Source: an uncultured Phycisphaerales bacterium
Lineage (GTDB): Bacteria > Planctomycetota > Phycisphaerae > Sedimentisphaerales > Anaerobacaceae
DNA length: 64,000 nucleotides
Assembly: GCA_963772725.1 (NCBI GenBank)
Contig: CAVYYI010000001.1
Location: 608,001-672,000, forward strand
Reading direction: 5' to 3'
The notes under the pieces were generated by a model that was given only the letters and a program-made list of their open reading frames with translations, was not told where the DNA came from and ran no database searches. Shown here one piece after another: positions 22,131 through 32,957 of this stretch. Position 1 is the stretch's first letter. The number at the start of each line of letters is the position of its first letter. Made by a program: the position numbers and the translations under genes.

Positions 22131-22910
22131 TTGGCAAGTGTTATCGAAAAACGTCGTTCCTTGCACAGAAATCTTGCGCAGCAGCAAAAGCAGAATGACA
22201 GTCTAAAATTACAGAACAGCCAGCTTCATGCATTGGCCAATATCGGCGTAACAACATGTATGATGGCCCACGAAATCAATAATCTGCTCACACCTGCGAT
22301 TAACTATACCTCCCTGGCGATAGCCAATCCCGATGATAAGGCTTTGGCTCAAAAAGCCCTTGAAAAAACCGCCCGCAACTGTGAACATGTCTCGAAAGTG
22401 ATGCAAAGCATATTATCTATGGTAAATGGGGAGGCTAAAGAGAAGAAGCATACGAGGTTAAGAACTTTGGTTGACGAGATATTCTCCTGCCTGTGCAGAG
22501 ATTTTACCAAGGATTCGATAGCCGTTAAAATTCAGATTCCTGACGACCTGACGGTTTATGCCGTACCGGTTGACATTCAGCAGGTTTTGATGAATCTCAT
22601 TCTAAATGCCAGAGACGCGATGCTGCCTCGCGGCGGGGCGCTGACCATCAAGGCGGATATTATTAGCGATAAAGTTCAGATAGAAGTAGCTGACACGGGC
22701 TGCGGCATCGAAAAAGATAATCTCAACAAAATTTTTGAGCCTTTTTTCACAACAAAAAAAACCAAACAGGCATCATCGCAAAATTCGGGTTTCGGCCTGG
22801 GATTGGCATTTTGCAGGAAGATAATAGATGAACATCACGGAGTAATATCCGTTGAATCAAAGCCCGGCACCGGCACAACATTCAGGATAATATTATCACA
22901 CACAAAGTAA
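22131..22910 (+). CDS. Sensorless histidine kinase (HisKA + HATPase)
   Basis: AHEINNLL, NLILNARDA, DTGCGI, FEPFFTTK, GLGL. Confidence 0.88.
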   Translation: MASVIEKRRSLHRNLAQQQKQNDSLKLQNSQLHALANIGVTTCMMAHEINNLLTPAINYTSLAIANPDDKALAQKALEKTARNCEHVSKVMQSILSMVNGEAKEKKHTRLRTLVDEIFSCLCRDFTKDSIAVKIQIPDDLTVYAVPVDIQQVLMNLILNARDAMLPRGGALTIKADIISDKVQIEVADTGCGIEKDNLNKIFEPFFTTKKTKQASSQNSGFGLGLAFCRKIIDEHHGVISVESKPGTGTTFRIILSHTK

Positions 22911-22932
22911 GTGATTGAGCAAATACAGTTTG

Positions 22933-24201
22933 CTATTCATGTCGAAGGGCGACGATGGGGTCAACGTTCGCGGCGCGGACGGCAGGGTATAATCCGAAAA
23001 TAATACCTATAAATACGCTTATCACAAGCGGCAGGACAATACTCGATACTGTGACTATCGTGGGCATTCCGGAAAAATAGGTTATAATCTTTGGGATAAG
23101 AATTCCCATACCTACGCCGATTAATCCGCCGAGAGTCGAAAGCACAACCGTTTCGATGATGAATTGCCCGATGATTTGATTGCGTTTGGCGCCGATGGCC
23201 CTGCGGATTCCTATCTCGCGCGTCCGTTCCGTTACAGAAGCGAGCATAATGTTCATAATACCTATGCCGCCGACCAGGAGGCTGATACCCGCTATTGAGC
23301 CGAGAACGATGTTAAACGTTCGCTTAGTTGCTTCAGCTTCTCTAAGCAGGGCAAGTGGTACGCTGATAACATAGTCTTTTTTCTTGTGCGAGCGTTTGAG
23401 TAATTTTTCTATCGCTGTGGCAGTTGATTCAACATTATCGGCAGAATCAATTTGTACAATAATCTGGTGCAGCTCAACATTTTCCATCTCGTCCGAACCC
23501 GAAGTCCTGCGGCGATTTATGTCGCCGAAATACTTACGTGCCACTCCTATGGGGATATAGGCATCCGTTTCCTGGTCAGGAAGGGCGATATTTTCAGCCT
23601 CTCCGCTTTCATTTTTAACGATTCCAATTATTTTAAAATAACTGCCTCCCATTTTAACGCTTTGGCCTATCGTGTTTTCGGCAGCAAGAAGCTTTCTTGC
23701 GCCAAATTCGGTAAGGACAGTCACCGGAACTTTATCCTCAATGTCTGAAGGCAGAATTACCCGTCCGGCGATTAGGGGTCTTTTGACAAGTTCAAACCAT
23801 TCCGGAGAAGTGCCGACAATTCGCAATTCCAGCATCCTTTCTCCGAGACGCCCTTCCTTGCGAACGGCTTTTACGGGAGCAGCCTGCGTTATGCTGTCGA
23901 ATGTTTCGGCGACTCTGTCGAAATCTTCATAGGTAAGGCCGTAAACGCTCATCCTGCTTCGTTTGCTGGTGGAGGATTCCTCTTCAACGGATTTTATTGA
24001 GTTTATGATAATATTATTGCTGCCGAGTTTGCTGATTCGTTCAAGAGCCTGCTTACTTGCACCTTCGCCTACGGAAAGCATCGCCACCACGCTGCCGACG
24101 CCGAAAACAACACCGAGCATTGTCAAAAACGAACGCAGCTTATGCAGGAGAAGATTCTCAATGCCCAGCAGAATATTTCTAACAAGCTTGACCTGATGCA
24201 T
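22933..24201 (-). CDS. MacB-type ABC permease
   Basis: RSFLTMLGVVFG, GGIGIMNIMLASVTERTREIGIR. Confidence 0.9.
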   Translation of the reverse strand: MHQVKLVRNILLGIENLLLHKLRSFLTMLGVVFGVGSVVAMLSVGEGASKQALERISKLGSNNIIINSIKSVEEESSTSKRSRMSVYGLTYEDFDRVAETFDSITQAAPVKAVRKEGRLGERMLELRIVGTSPEWFELVKRPLIAGRVILPSDIEDKVPVTVLTEFGARKLLAAENTIGQSVKMGGSYFKIIGIVKNESGEAENIALPDQETDAYIPIGVARKYFGDINRRRTSGSDEMENVELHQIIVQIDSADNVESTATAIEKLLKRSHKKKDYVISVPLALLREAEATKRTFNIVLGSIAGISLLVGGIGIMNIMLASVTERTREIGIRRAIGAKRNQIIGQFIIETVVLSTLGGLIGVGMGILIPKIITYFSGMPTIVTVSSIVLPLVISVFIGIIFGLYPAVRAANVDPIVALRHE

Positions 24202-24203
24202 TG

Positions 24204-24908
24204 TTATTGCTCCTCGATTCTATCGATAATACCGTCTTTCATATGCAATCGTTTTGCGGCGTATGCGGCGATGTCCGGTTCGTGGGTAACCATAATTATG
24301 GTTTTACCGTTTCGGTTAAGTTCCGTTAGAAGCTGCATAATCTGTACACCGGTTGCTGAATCGAGATTCCCGGTAGGTTCATCGGCTAAAAGCACTTCCG
24401 GATCATTTGCCAGTGCCCTGGCGATAGCGACACGCTGCATCTGGCCGCCGGAAAGTTCCATTGGATGATGATTTAGCCTGGTTTCAAGACCAACCATTTC
24501 AGCAAGCTCTTTTGCTCTTTGTGCGCTTTTGTCTGCTTCCCAGCCCAGATAGTAAAGAGGCAATTCAATATTTCTCTGTACGGTCAGTTGTGGTATCAGA
24601 TTAAAACTCTGAAAGATGAAACCGAGATGCCTGAGGCGAATTTCACTTAAGGCGTCATCATCGATAGTACTGACATCTGTCCCTTCAAGTATATAACGGC
24701 CTGAAGTAAGTCTGTCGAGGCAGCCCAGAATATTCAGCATTGTGCTTTTGCCGGAACCGCTGTGGCCCATAATCGCCCAGAAACTGCCTCTGCTGAATGA
24801 GACAGAAATCCCTGCCACCGCCCTTACCTGCTGTTTACCCATCTGGTAAAATTTACAGGCATTTTCAAGCTGGATTGAATGATTATTTGTATGAGAAGAC
24901 AAACTCAT
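24204..24908 (-). CDS. ABC ATP-binding protein (LolD/MacB type)
   Basis: GHSGSGKS, LSGGQ, LADEPTGNLD. Confidence 0.92.
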   Translation of the reverse strand: MSLSSHTNNHSIQLENACKFYQMGKQQVRAVAGISVSFSRGSFWAIMGHSGSGKSTMLNILGCLDRLTSGRYILEGTDVSTIDDDALSEIRLRHLGFIFQSFNLIPQLTVQRNIELPLYYLGWEADKSAQRAKELAEMVGLETRLNHHPMELSGGQMQRVAIARALANDPEVLLADEPTGNLDSATGVQIMQLLTELNRNGKTIIMVTHEPDIAAYAAKRLHMKDGIIDRIEEQ

Positions 24909-26764
24909 TTTCCAACCTCGGGGTTTTGGCGGTTTTTCGTAAATCTTTCCCTGTTTTTTTCACGCTCTTCAGGAGACATCTTATCCAATCTTTCGCGCAT
25001 TTTCTGTCTCTGCTCCGGGGTGAGATTTCTCGGACTGCGGGAATTGGCGTCGGCGCCGCTCATGGGGAGTTTTCTTTCAGCCGCTGCTCCAGGAGTGTAA
25101 GGTGACTCAGGCTGCGGGATTTCCGCAGCTTTGGCAATATTTTGATTCAGAGCGGCTGGTTGTTCAGTTTTGACTGGTGTTTCAGCAGCCGCTGCGGCGG
25201 AAGTCTTTTCCTTTAGCGGTTCCAAAGCTGCTGAAGCCAGTGATGGATTAAGCTGAATAATCTCACCGAGAGCCAAACCGCTGATAATTCTGACCATATT
25301 ATTATTATCCATTCCGAGTTCAACGGTTCTCGGTTCGATAGTGTTGCCTTGTACAATAAAAACGGTGGATTCGCCTTTGACTTTCAGAACAGACTGAATC
25401 GGTATATATACTACGTCTTTATACTGCTCAACAATTATCTCTGTCCTGCAACTCATCCCTGTACGGAGCGTACTTCCGTCCCCGTCGATATAAATCTCGG
25501 TATTATAAACCTTCAAATCAGGGTTAAGATACATACTTTGAGCATTAGGAAGGGGGGCAATTTTGGCTACCTGACCTGTGTACTTTTTGCCCGGCAGCGC
25601 ATCAACGGTAACTGTTACGGGCATACCTATCTTGACCTTTTCAAGACTCGATTCGTGAATTGTAATCTCTGCTTTGACAGATGAGGCTGTTGGTATATAT
25701 ATTAGTTCCTGGCGTTCGTGCACCACCTGACCTTCAGTAAGAGGTTCTTCATTGTAGCGGAAGCCGCCGCTCCTGGCGCTGCTGGCGTAAATTACAGGCC
25801 CGTCGGCGGGAGCGTATATCTTGGTTTTTTCAATTTGTTTTTCGAGTTTTGCAAGTTTATCCTTTTGCTGGTTGAACTCGGCTTCTTTTGCAACAAGTTC
25901 CGCTTTTGCCTGAACAACATCGGCGTTGGCCTTGCGATTTGTCCGCTCAAGAGCCATATCCGCCTGCTTAATATCGCTCTCGTACTGAGCTGACTGACGT
26001 TTATATGTGAAATTCTTGAGCAGTTCGAGATTGCTTTCTGCAAGCTCAAGGTCAAGACCGCTTTTCGTGAAAGCTAACTCATCTGCCTGAAGCTGTGTTT
26101 GGGAAATATACTTTTCGGCGTACAGTTTTTGTGACCATTCATATGTTTGTTTAGTCCGTTCTCGTTCCTCCTGAGCAATGGTGATTTTATTCTGGGCCTC
26201 TTTTAACTGGTTTGGATAATCGCCCTTTATATATTTATCCAAATCCTGTTTGGCAAATTCGAGAGTTAGCTGCGCTTTATCTATGTCACTCTTGGACTGA
26301 TTTTCCACAACCGCGAGATTCTCACGAGCCTGAACAAAACTTGCCTCGGCGTTTTGGACCTTAATTTCCTGCTCAATTTTTGAATCCAGCAAATCGGCGG
26401 AGTCTAGTTCGATGAGCAACTCTCCTTTTTTGACAATAGCGCCTTCCGGGATTAGCGATAAAATCGTTGGTTGGCCTTCGACCTCACTTTTGATAATTGC
26501 CTGTTCGCGAGGCTTTATGGTGCCGGCTTCTGTTACGCTGATTTTAAGGTTGCCTTTTCTAACCGTAAAGATAGCCATATTGCCGTTCGACGCCACATTG
26601 CCGGAGATTTTAATCGCCGTCGCGCCAATACCAGCCACTAAAAGCAGAGAAATAACAACTATTATTATTAAGCGGTTCTTTCTGATAAAATTGAATATTT
26701 TGTTAGTGTTCTGCACTGTTTCCTTTCTTTGGCACATATTCCTGCCATAATCCATTTTCATCAA
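24905..26764 (-). CDS. Efflux periplasmic adaptor (HlyD/MacA-like) with extended coiled coil; start uncertain
   Basis: N-terminal TM, VKKGELLIEL, IYAPADG, LRTGMS. Confidence 0.8.
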   Translation of the reverse strand: MMKMDYGRNMCQRKETVQNTNKIFNFIRKNRLIIIVVISLLLVAGIGATAIKISGNVASNGNMAIFTVRKGNLKISVTEAGTIKPREQAIIKSEVEGQPTILSLIPEGAIVKKGELLIELDSADLLDSKIEQEIKVQNAEASFVQARENLAVVENQSKSDIDKAQLTLEFAKQDLDKYIKGDYPNQLKEAQNKITIAQEERERTKQTYEWSQKLYAEKYISQTQLQADELAFTKSGLDLELAESNLELLKNFTYKRQSAQYESDIKQADMALERTNRKANADVVQAKAELVAKEAEFNQQKDKLAKLEKQIEKTKIYAPADGPVIYASSARSGGFRYNEEPLTEGQVVHERQELIYIPTASSVKAEITIHESSLEKVKIGMPVTVTVDALPGKKYTGQVAKIAPLPNAQSMYLNPDLKVYNTEIYIDGDGSTLRTGMSCRTEIIVEQYKDVVYIPIQSVLKVKGESTVFIVQGNTIEPRTVELGMDNNNMVRIISGLALGEIIQLNPSLASAALEPLKEKTSAAAAAETPVKTEQPAALNQNIAKAAEIPQPESPYTPGAAAERKLPMSGADANSRSPRNLTPEQRQKMRERLDKMSPEEREKNRERFTKNRQNPEVGK

Positions 26765-28617
26765 TTTTTAATACACCCATATCACTCTGCAAAAAAAGCT
26801 CCGCAACTCTGTAACTGACCGCTGCCGATGTCAATTGGTTTTGAGCGGAAAGCAAGTCGTTCCGTGCGTCCAGCAAGTCACGTATTTCTGCCAGGCCAGC
26901 CTCAAGAAACAGACTCGTGCTGTCAACTCGCTTTTGCGCCAGTACAACCGCCTGAGTCTGAATCTTAAGACTTTCTCGCGACTGAAGAAGGTCGCGAAGC
27001 CGGTTACGGACATCAAGTTTAATCGAGTCCTCGAGGTCCTGCATGCTTCGTACAGCCCGCTCGAGCAGGATGTAACTGTTACGATAATCATTGCGTTCCT
27101 TTGTCCTTTCCAGTGGCAAATCGAGCGTAACAGCCCCTGAATATACGCCTTTTTCAGGACGAAGTTCAGCATCATCGAGACCTGCGGTTGCCACTGACCT
27201 TCGCCCGCCGACATTTGCCGAACCAAAAAGCGTTAAATCAGCCCTCAATGCGTCAGCGGAAACGACAACATTCCTCTGAGCGTCGTAAACCGCTCCTTTG
27301 GCGATTTGTAAATCATAACGGTTTTCCAGACCTAACTCTACAGCGAGTCGGTCATTGAGTTCGAGAGGTCCCGCATTTTCTCTGCCCGGCGGGATAAGTT
27401 TAACAGGTGCGTCCGCCGGAGGAACTTTTTCATTAGGATCACCATTTTTTATATTAGTCTCGTTAATTGCTAATTTCTCTGCTGGCGCAGTAATTTTATT
27501 TAACTCGCTTCTATCGAGCTCGACATTGGCATCCGGCGGAAGACCCAGAAGATTTTTAAACAAATCCAACGCGCTCTTATAAGTTTCCATTTCCCTTATC
27601 CAGCGGTCGCGAGCGCTTAATTCACTTTGAACAGCCTGGTCAACCTGTATTTCCGATAATCGGCCTGCGTCAGCAAGCCTTCTGGCGCGGCGTGCGGACG
27701 CCACAAGTCCGCGATAATTTTCCTCCGAGTTCGCTATCTGGTTCGAGCTGTCGCATTACCCCAAGGTACTGATTGGCGATACTGACCGCAAAAGTCTGCT
27801 TGAATCTTTCAAAATTATAAATGCTGTACACCACGTCTCGTTCTGCCTGGGTTAGCGGTTCAGTTACAATGTATTCGCCAGAACCTCGCAATAAAGGAAT
27901 GCTTATTGATGCGTCGCCTGCCATACCCATCGATGATGCCTTATCCAGCGTTAGCAGTTTGGCAAGATCAACAGCTAATGCGGTACTTATTTGAGTTCCA
28001 TTTTTGAGCTTCCTGTCTAAGCCGACCTGTCCGCTGGTTGTTGTGCCGCTGACAGTTTTGTCGCCTCCCATATCGGTACTGATAAGGCTTTGAACTTCTC
28101 CATTAAAGATATTGCGAAACTCATTGCGTTCAAGGTCGAGTCTAAGGGCGGCAAGAAAAATATTCTCTTTGGTGTTCTGATAATCGAAATTGTTGCGGGC
28201 ACCTATCTGAAGAGCGTCCAGCAGCGAAAGTTTATGTACAGATTCACCGTCCAGCATCGAAAGCGGCTCAAGTGGAGAAGCGTTTGATTCTGCGGGATAG
28301 TCTTTTTCAGGCCAGTGTTCGATACGTGGCAGTTTGTCTGTTCCAAGCGACGCGGGGCTGGTGTAAGGCAGGTTTTGCTCCGATAGAAGGCGGCGGCGAA
28401 AAATGTCGCTCGGTCTTTCTATGTCGATTCCCGGAGAACTCCCTAAAGTCTGTTCCTGCGCCTCTTTAATTATGTTTTCCGCGACTTTGTCAGCCTGTTT
28501 TCGATAGTCCTCAGGCGATTTACACCCGCAATACGCGGTTAGTATTGCGCATAGTAACAGCAATGCGAAATAACTCGCAAAATTGCGGCGAACAAATTTT
28601 TTAAACAGCTCTGACAT
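26703..28617 (-). CDS. TolC family outer-membrane protein, frameshift near 27740
   Basis: Lipoprotein-like N-terminus, LSLLDAL, OEP-type helical repeats across ORFs 27670-28617 and 26703-27704. Confidence 0.75.
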
Positions 28618-29223
28618 TTAAGTAACTTGCCTCAGTTTTAGCTGTACGTTTTTCGTTAATTCCACCGGCACCTGCATAAACAAAGCGACGAGAAGTTCAT
28701 AACCATTTACGGTTTTAGAAGAATTCCGCAAATCTTTTGCCTGTGTACGGAGCATACTCAGTAAATATCGGGCGAGCATATCTGTTGAAATATCAGCCCT
28801 TATCGCGTTTGATGAAACACCCTGTGAGAGTATTTCCGAGACGGCGGCGACAAGTTTTTTGCGTTTGAGCGCCCATTGCTGTTTGAATTGATGACAGCAT
28901 ACCCGGGATGTTTCATTTTGGCCAAGCAATTGTCGGTGTTTCTCGAAAAAGCGGCCTATCGCTCTGCTTATGTCCATAAGCTTTTCGGAAAAAGAGCGAT
29001 TATCGCAAAATTTCCTTTTCACCAGTTCACAAAGCTCGTCGAAACCGAATGCAGCCGACTGAAAGAAAAGGTCGTTCTTGTCCTTGAAATAGTTGTATAT
29101 TGTCCCCTTGCCGATATGAGCCGCCTGTGCCACCTCATCGAGTGTAATTTCGTGTATTCCGCGGTTGACAGAAAGCCTTTCTATCGCCCGAATAATCTGC
29201 TGGCGTCTGTCCTTACAGAACAT
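28618..29223 (-). CDS. TetR/AcrR family regulator
   Basis: ITLDEVAQAAHIGKGTIYNYFKDKNDL HTH. Confidence 0.9.
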   Translation of the reverse strand: MFCKDRRQQIIRAIERLSVNRGIHEITLDEVAQAAHIGKGTIYNYFKDKNDLFFQSAAFGFDELCELVKRKFCDNRSFSEKLMDISRAIGRFFEKHRQLLGQNETSRVCCHQFKQQWALKRKKLVAAVSEILSQGVSSNAIRADISTDMLARYLLSMLRTQAKDLRNSSKTVNGYELLVALFMQVPVELTKNVQLKLRQVT

Positions 29224-29251
29224 ATCACCTCTCCTTATTAATTACAGAAAA

Positions 29252-29265
29252 ACTGACCAGTCAGT
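29252..29265. promoter_or_regulatory. Probable TetR operator
   Basis: Inverted repeat ACTGAC-CA-GTCAGT just upstream of the tetR start. Confidence 0.55.
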
Positions 29266-29361
29266 ATTATACCAAAAAAAACACGCAATTGCAACAGGCA
29301 ACAAGGTTGTTTTTCAAACAAAACGCGTTTTTTTGTGTGGCGTGGGGGATTAATAAAGCAA

Positions 29362-29435
29362 TATCCCCGTCGAGATTCGAACTCGAAACCTTTGGCTTCG
29401 GAGGCCAACGCTCTATCCAGTTGAGCTACGGGGAC
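29362..29435 (-). tRNA. tRNA-Arg(CCG)
   Basis: Cloverleaf GTCCCCG...CGGGGAT, anticodon arm TTGGC-CTCCGAA-GCCAA, GTTCGAAT T-loop; upstream TTGACT-17-TATTTT. Confidence 0.95.
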
Positions 29436-29523
29436 AACATTACAGCGGTATCGACAAAATACGCTAAAGAAACCGCAAAGTCAAGCACATACAGCCGATT
29501 ACCGCAAACCCGACCTTATCCTC

Positions 29524-29552
29524 TTGCAAAATTGGCATCGATGGTGTAAAGT
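29524..29552 (+). promoter_or_regulatory. Probable native tRNA-Ser promoter
   Basis: TTGCAA-17bp-TAAAGT just upstream of the tRNA-Ser 5' fragment. Confidence 0.5.
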
Positions 29553-29581
29553 TAGTGAAAATTTGGTGTTTTTTAAAAAGT

Positions 29582-29624
29582 GGAGCAGTGGCAGAGTGGC
29601 TGAACGCGACGGTCTTGAAAACCG
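29582..29624 (+). repeat. attL: 43-bp copy of the 5' half of tRNA-Ser
   Basis: Identical to 42675-42717; diverges right after the anticodon arm. Confidence 0.92.
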
Positions 29625-29802
29625 CCATACCTTAGATTACAAAGTCGTTTCTGAGCTTAAAACGCCAGTTTTTGACAAAAAGAAGCAACCAATGCGCAAC
29701 CAAACGTATCTGAGTTTTTGAAATTTCTTTTGCTTTTCAGCGGTTAATAGATTAAGTTAAGTGTAATTGCGATTAACCGTTTTATTGCAAAGGAGATTGA
29801 AA

Positions 29803-30903
29803 ATGGGAGTAACATTAGTCAAAAAGATGGCCACCGGAGATTTCTACGTCCGGATTCATAGTGGGGGACAGCGCACCAGCCGAAAGATAGGCAATGTCGA
29901 TTCACGCACAGCCAGAAAAGTTGCAGCGGAGTGGCGAAAGAAACTGGCGATGGGATTGATAGACTTCACGAACGGCAGACAAACCGGCATACCGCTTTTC
30001 GGTCAGTACACAACCGAATATATCAACGACTACGCTAAAAAGACTCTGAAATACAACACGTGGACAAGCTACCAGAAGTTAATTAAGCTGCACATGCTGC
30101 CTGTTTGGAAAAATAGACGCCTCGATTCCTTCACAAAAATAGACGTGCGCAAACTGCTGCTCGAAAAACAGAATGACGGCCTTGTTATTAACAACCTGCG
30201 AATTTGCATATCGGCTATTTTTCAGCACGCTGTTGAAAGTGAGATTTTGCAGACGAACCCTGCCAGAGCTTTAGGCAGGGCTTTTCGCAACGGAGTCTCG
30301 AAAACTCATGTTCAATTTTTGTCTAAAGACCAAGTCTCTGCTTTTCTGGAGGTAGTTCAGAAAGGCGCACCGGAGTTTTACGACTTTTGTTTGTGTGCTT
30401 TTCGTACCGGTATGCGGCTTGGTGAACTTTTGGGGTTGGCTTGGGATTGTGTCGATTTCAACGCAAAGCAAATAGTAGTCCGCAGAAACTTTTCGCACAA
30501 ACACTGGGATACACCGAAGTCCCACAAAGTTCGGCACGTTGATATGAGCAATCAACTGTCTGCTGTTCTCCGGGAGAGGTTCCAGAAGCGAAATAAGGAT
30601 TTGCAGTGCCGGTCGTTTGAGACGGAGAAAATATACTTAGTGTTTCCTAACCAAAACGGAGAGCCGTTGAACCCGGACAGATTCAGGGTCGAGATTTTTC
30701 AGCCGTTGCTGACAAAAGCTAAGCTGCCGAAAATAAGATTGCACGATATGAGGCACACTTACGCAAGTTTACTCTTGCAAGCAGGTGCCCCGATACATTA
30801 TGTTAAAGAGCAGCTTGGACATAGTTCGATTGCGACTACGGTAGATTTGTACGGACATTGCCAAGCTGGAGCAAATAGAAGCGTGCTTGACAGTCTCGAT
30901 TAA
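29803..30903 (+). CDS. Phage-type tyrosine integrase
   Basis: RTGMRLGELLGL, TPKS, HDMRHTYAS, LGHSS, DLYGH catalytic residues. Confidence 0.92.
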   Translation: MGVTLVKKMATGDFYVRIHSGGQRTSRKIGNVDSRTARKVAAEWRKKLAMGLIDFTNGRQTGIPLFGQYTTEYINDYAKKTLKYNTWTSYQKLIKLHMLPVWKNRRLDSFTKIDVRKLLLEKQNDGLVINNLRICISAIFQHAVESEILQTNPARALGRAFRNGVSKTHVQFLSKDQVSAFLEVVQKGAPEFYDFCLCAFRTGMRLGELLGLAWDCVDFNAKQIVVRRNFSHKHWDTPKSHKVRHVDMSNQLSAVLRERFQKRNKDLQCRSFETEKIYLVFPNQNGEPLNPDRFRVEIFQPLLTKAKLPKIRLHDMRHTYASLLLQAGAPIHYVKEQLGHSSIATTVDLYGHCQAGANRSVLDSLD

Positions 30904-31133
30904 AATAGGAAGGAATAAGGAATGGCAGCGAATGTCTGGCAGGAATTAAAACGAAAGTTTGAATCTCTACTCAAACACTGCGAAAGTGCAAACTACGAGA
31001 TAGACTGTTCACTTATACGACCTACCTGTCAAAAAGCAGGTAAAGCTTTTTTCGAAATGCTGTCTGGCGGTAAAAAACTGTTCGACCTTGTATGTTGACA
31101 AAAGTCATGGTTGATAATAGTCTCATAGGTAAA

Positions 31134-31320
31134 GTTTGTGCTTGCGAGGGGAGCGTAGCGAGCCGAGCAAGCACAAACAGGCGACGAGAGTTCGATTGCG
31201 ACCGGGTCCTTGAGGCCGTCGCTGAGCTGGAACCTCGCCGCCGCCGTGGGACTAGCCCGAACAGCCGTTTGAACCGCCGCCGCCCCACACGTATGGCGAG
31301 TTCGCATTTGCAAGTATGGG
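31134..31320 (+). ncRNA. IS110 bridge RNA (boundaries approximate)
   Basis: 12-bp 5' hairpin, then two internal loops whose segments match the insertion target and the circle-junction donor. Confidence 0.8.
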
Positions 31321-31328
31321 AGAAAACC

Positions 31329-32272
31329 ATGTCCGAAAAAGTTTATGTCGGTATCGATGTCGCAAAAGACACATTCCATCTGGCCGCAACTCCAAACATC
31401 CTTAAAACCTGCCTGCCAAACACACCTGAGGGCCATTGTCAACTCTGTCAACTTCTTAAAAGAGCACACAATATCGCTTATTGTTCTCGAAGCCACTGGC
31501 GGCTACGAACGGCCAATCGTAGCAGAACTGCTGGCTGCATCGCTGCCTGTTGTCGTTGTCAATCCACGTCAGGTGCGTGACTTTGCCAACGGTATGGGAC
31601 AATACGCAAAAACAGACCTTATCGATGCGCAGATATTGGCGCAGTTTGCAAAGGTCGTGCAACCTGTTCCTAAAACGCATTCCAGACCGCAGAATGCTGA
31701 ACTAGCAGAACTTGTCAGACGTCGCCATCAGCTCTGCGACCTGCGAACCCAGGAATCCAATCGTCAGGCAACAATAATGCATCCGAAAGTCAGAAAAAGT
31801 ATCGCCAAAATGATTAAAACCCTCGATTTCCAGATTAACGAAATTGATAAACTCATCCGTGAATACATTGAAGCTGATGACGATTTCAAAAACAAAGATC
31901 GTATAATTCAAAGTACTGCAGGCGTAGGTCCACAAACCTCTGCCATGCTCATCGCGAACCTACCGGAACTTGGAAAACTTAACCGGCAGGAAATCGCAGC
32001 ACTGGCGGGTGTAGCTCCCTGGAATCGTTCTTCGGGAAAATACGATGGCAAAGCACATATCTTCGGTGGCCGAAAAGACGTCCGAAGTGCGCTCTTATAT
32101 GGCCGCCTTCAACGCCTCTCGTTTTAATCCGGTTATACGAAAAATGGCTGAAAGACTTACGAAAAAAGGCAAAGCCTACAAAGTAGTTCTTACTGCCTGT
32201 ATGCGTAAATTGCTTATTATTTTAAACACTATGATTAGGAATCAAACTCTATGGAATCCAAAAATATCTTAA
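31329..32272 (+). CDS. IS110 recombinase/transposase, two frameshifts (~31460, ~32095)
   Basis: VGIDVAK, LEATGGYE, NPRQVR, KTDLIDA, GVGP, SSGK, ACMRKLL. Confidence 0.88.
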
Positions 32273-32957
32273 AAAAATCCTTGAAATCTAACACAGCCGC
32301 TCAGCGATGATTTTAAGAAACCGCCAGTAGCTGAAAGTGTGCCACCGACCAACAGGTTAAATGAATACTACCCTGAATACTGGCTTTGTGTCCTTGGAGT
32401 TCTGGCACGAAAAGGGGAGATAGGGATTGCGAACTACAAGCTGGCAAGAACAAAACTACATTTTTCTTGGCCAGAAACTAACTACTTTGAGGAATTCTTC
32501 ATTGACAGCAAAGATTATATTTCCGAAGTCTGCAATGGCTCTATTCAGACGTGCGAAAAGATACTCGAACACTTCGGCAAACCCTCTGAGTGTCCGATAC
32601 CACCCAATTATATAAACACCAAGGAAATTTTTGAAATTTACAAAGTCCCTGGAAGCACACTGGAAGGCTGGAAAGATAAGGACGACAAAGTGGATGTTAG
32701 GCATTATAAAAGGCTAAACTACTACCCCAGAGAATGGGTTGAGGAAAAAAAGAAGACTTACAAGCCCAAACCCCCAAAAACTGTTACGTAGCAGGTTTCA
32801 TATCTCCTTTTTTCACAGACACTTGTCATCGTAAATAACATTCGTAACATAAACTCCCCTCTTACGTCTATTTACGAATTGTAACTCTCCAAATTTGTGA
32901 GAAAATATCTCCAGTTCCAAAAAAATTTAATAACAAAATTATGAAAGGAGCCTGAAA

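Larger units (their letters stand above)
31089..32301 (+). mobile_element. IS110-family (IS621-like) element
   Basis: CT core at both junctions (31087-88, 32300-01), long left non-coding end, DEDD transposase. Confidence 0.9.
30922..32791 (+). pseudogene. 218-aa gene with C-terminal HTH/excisionase-like segment, interrupted by IS110
   Basis: 30922-31088 joined to 32302-32791 is one open frame; C-terminal YINTKEIFEIYKVPGSTLEGW. Confidence 0.75.

Noticed and set aside
29582..29624. Second functional tRNA-Ser
   Set aside because: Only the 5' 43 nt are present; there is no variable arm, T-arm or 3' acceptor strand. It is an att copy.
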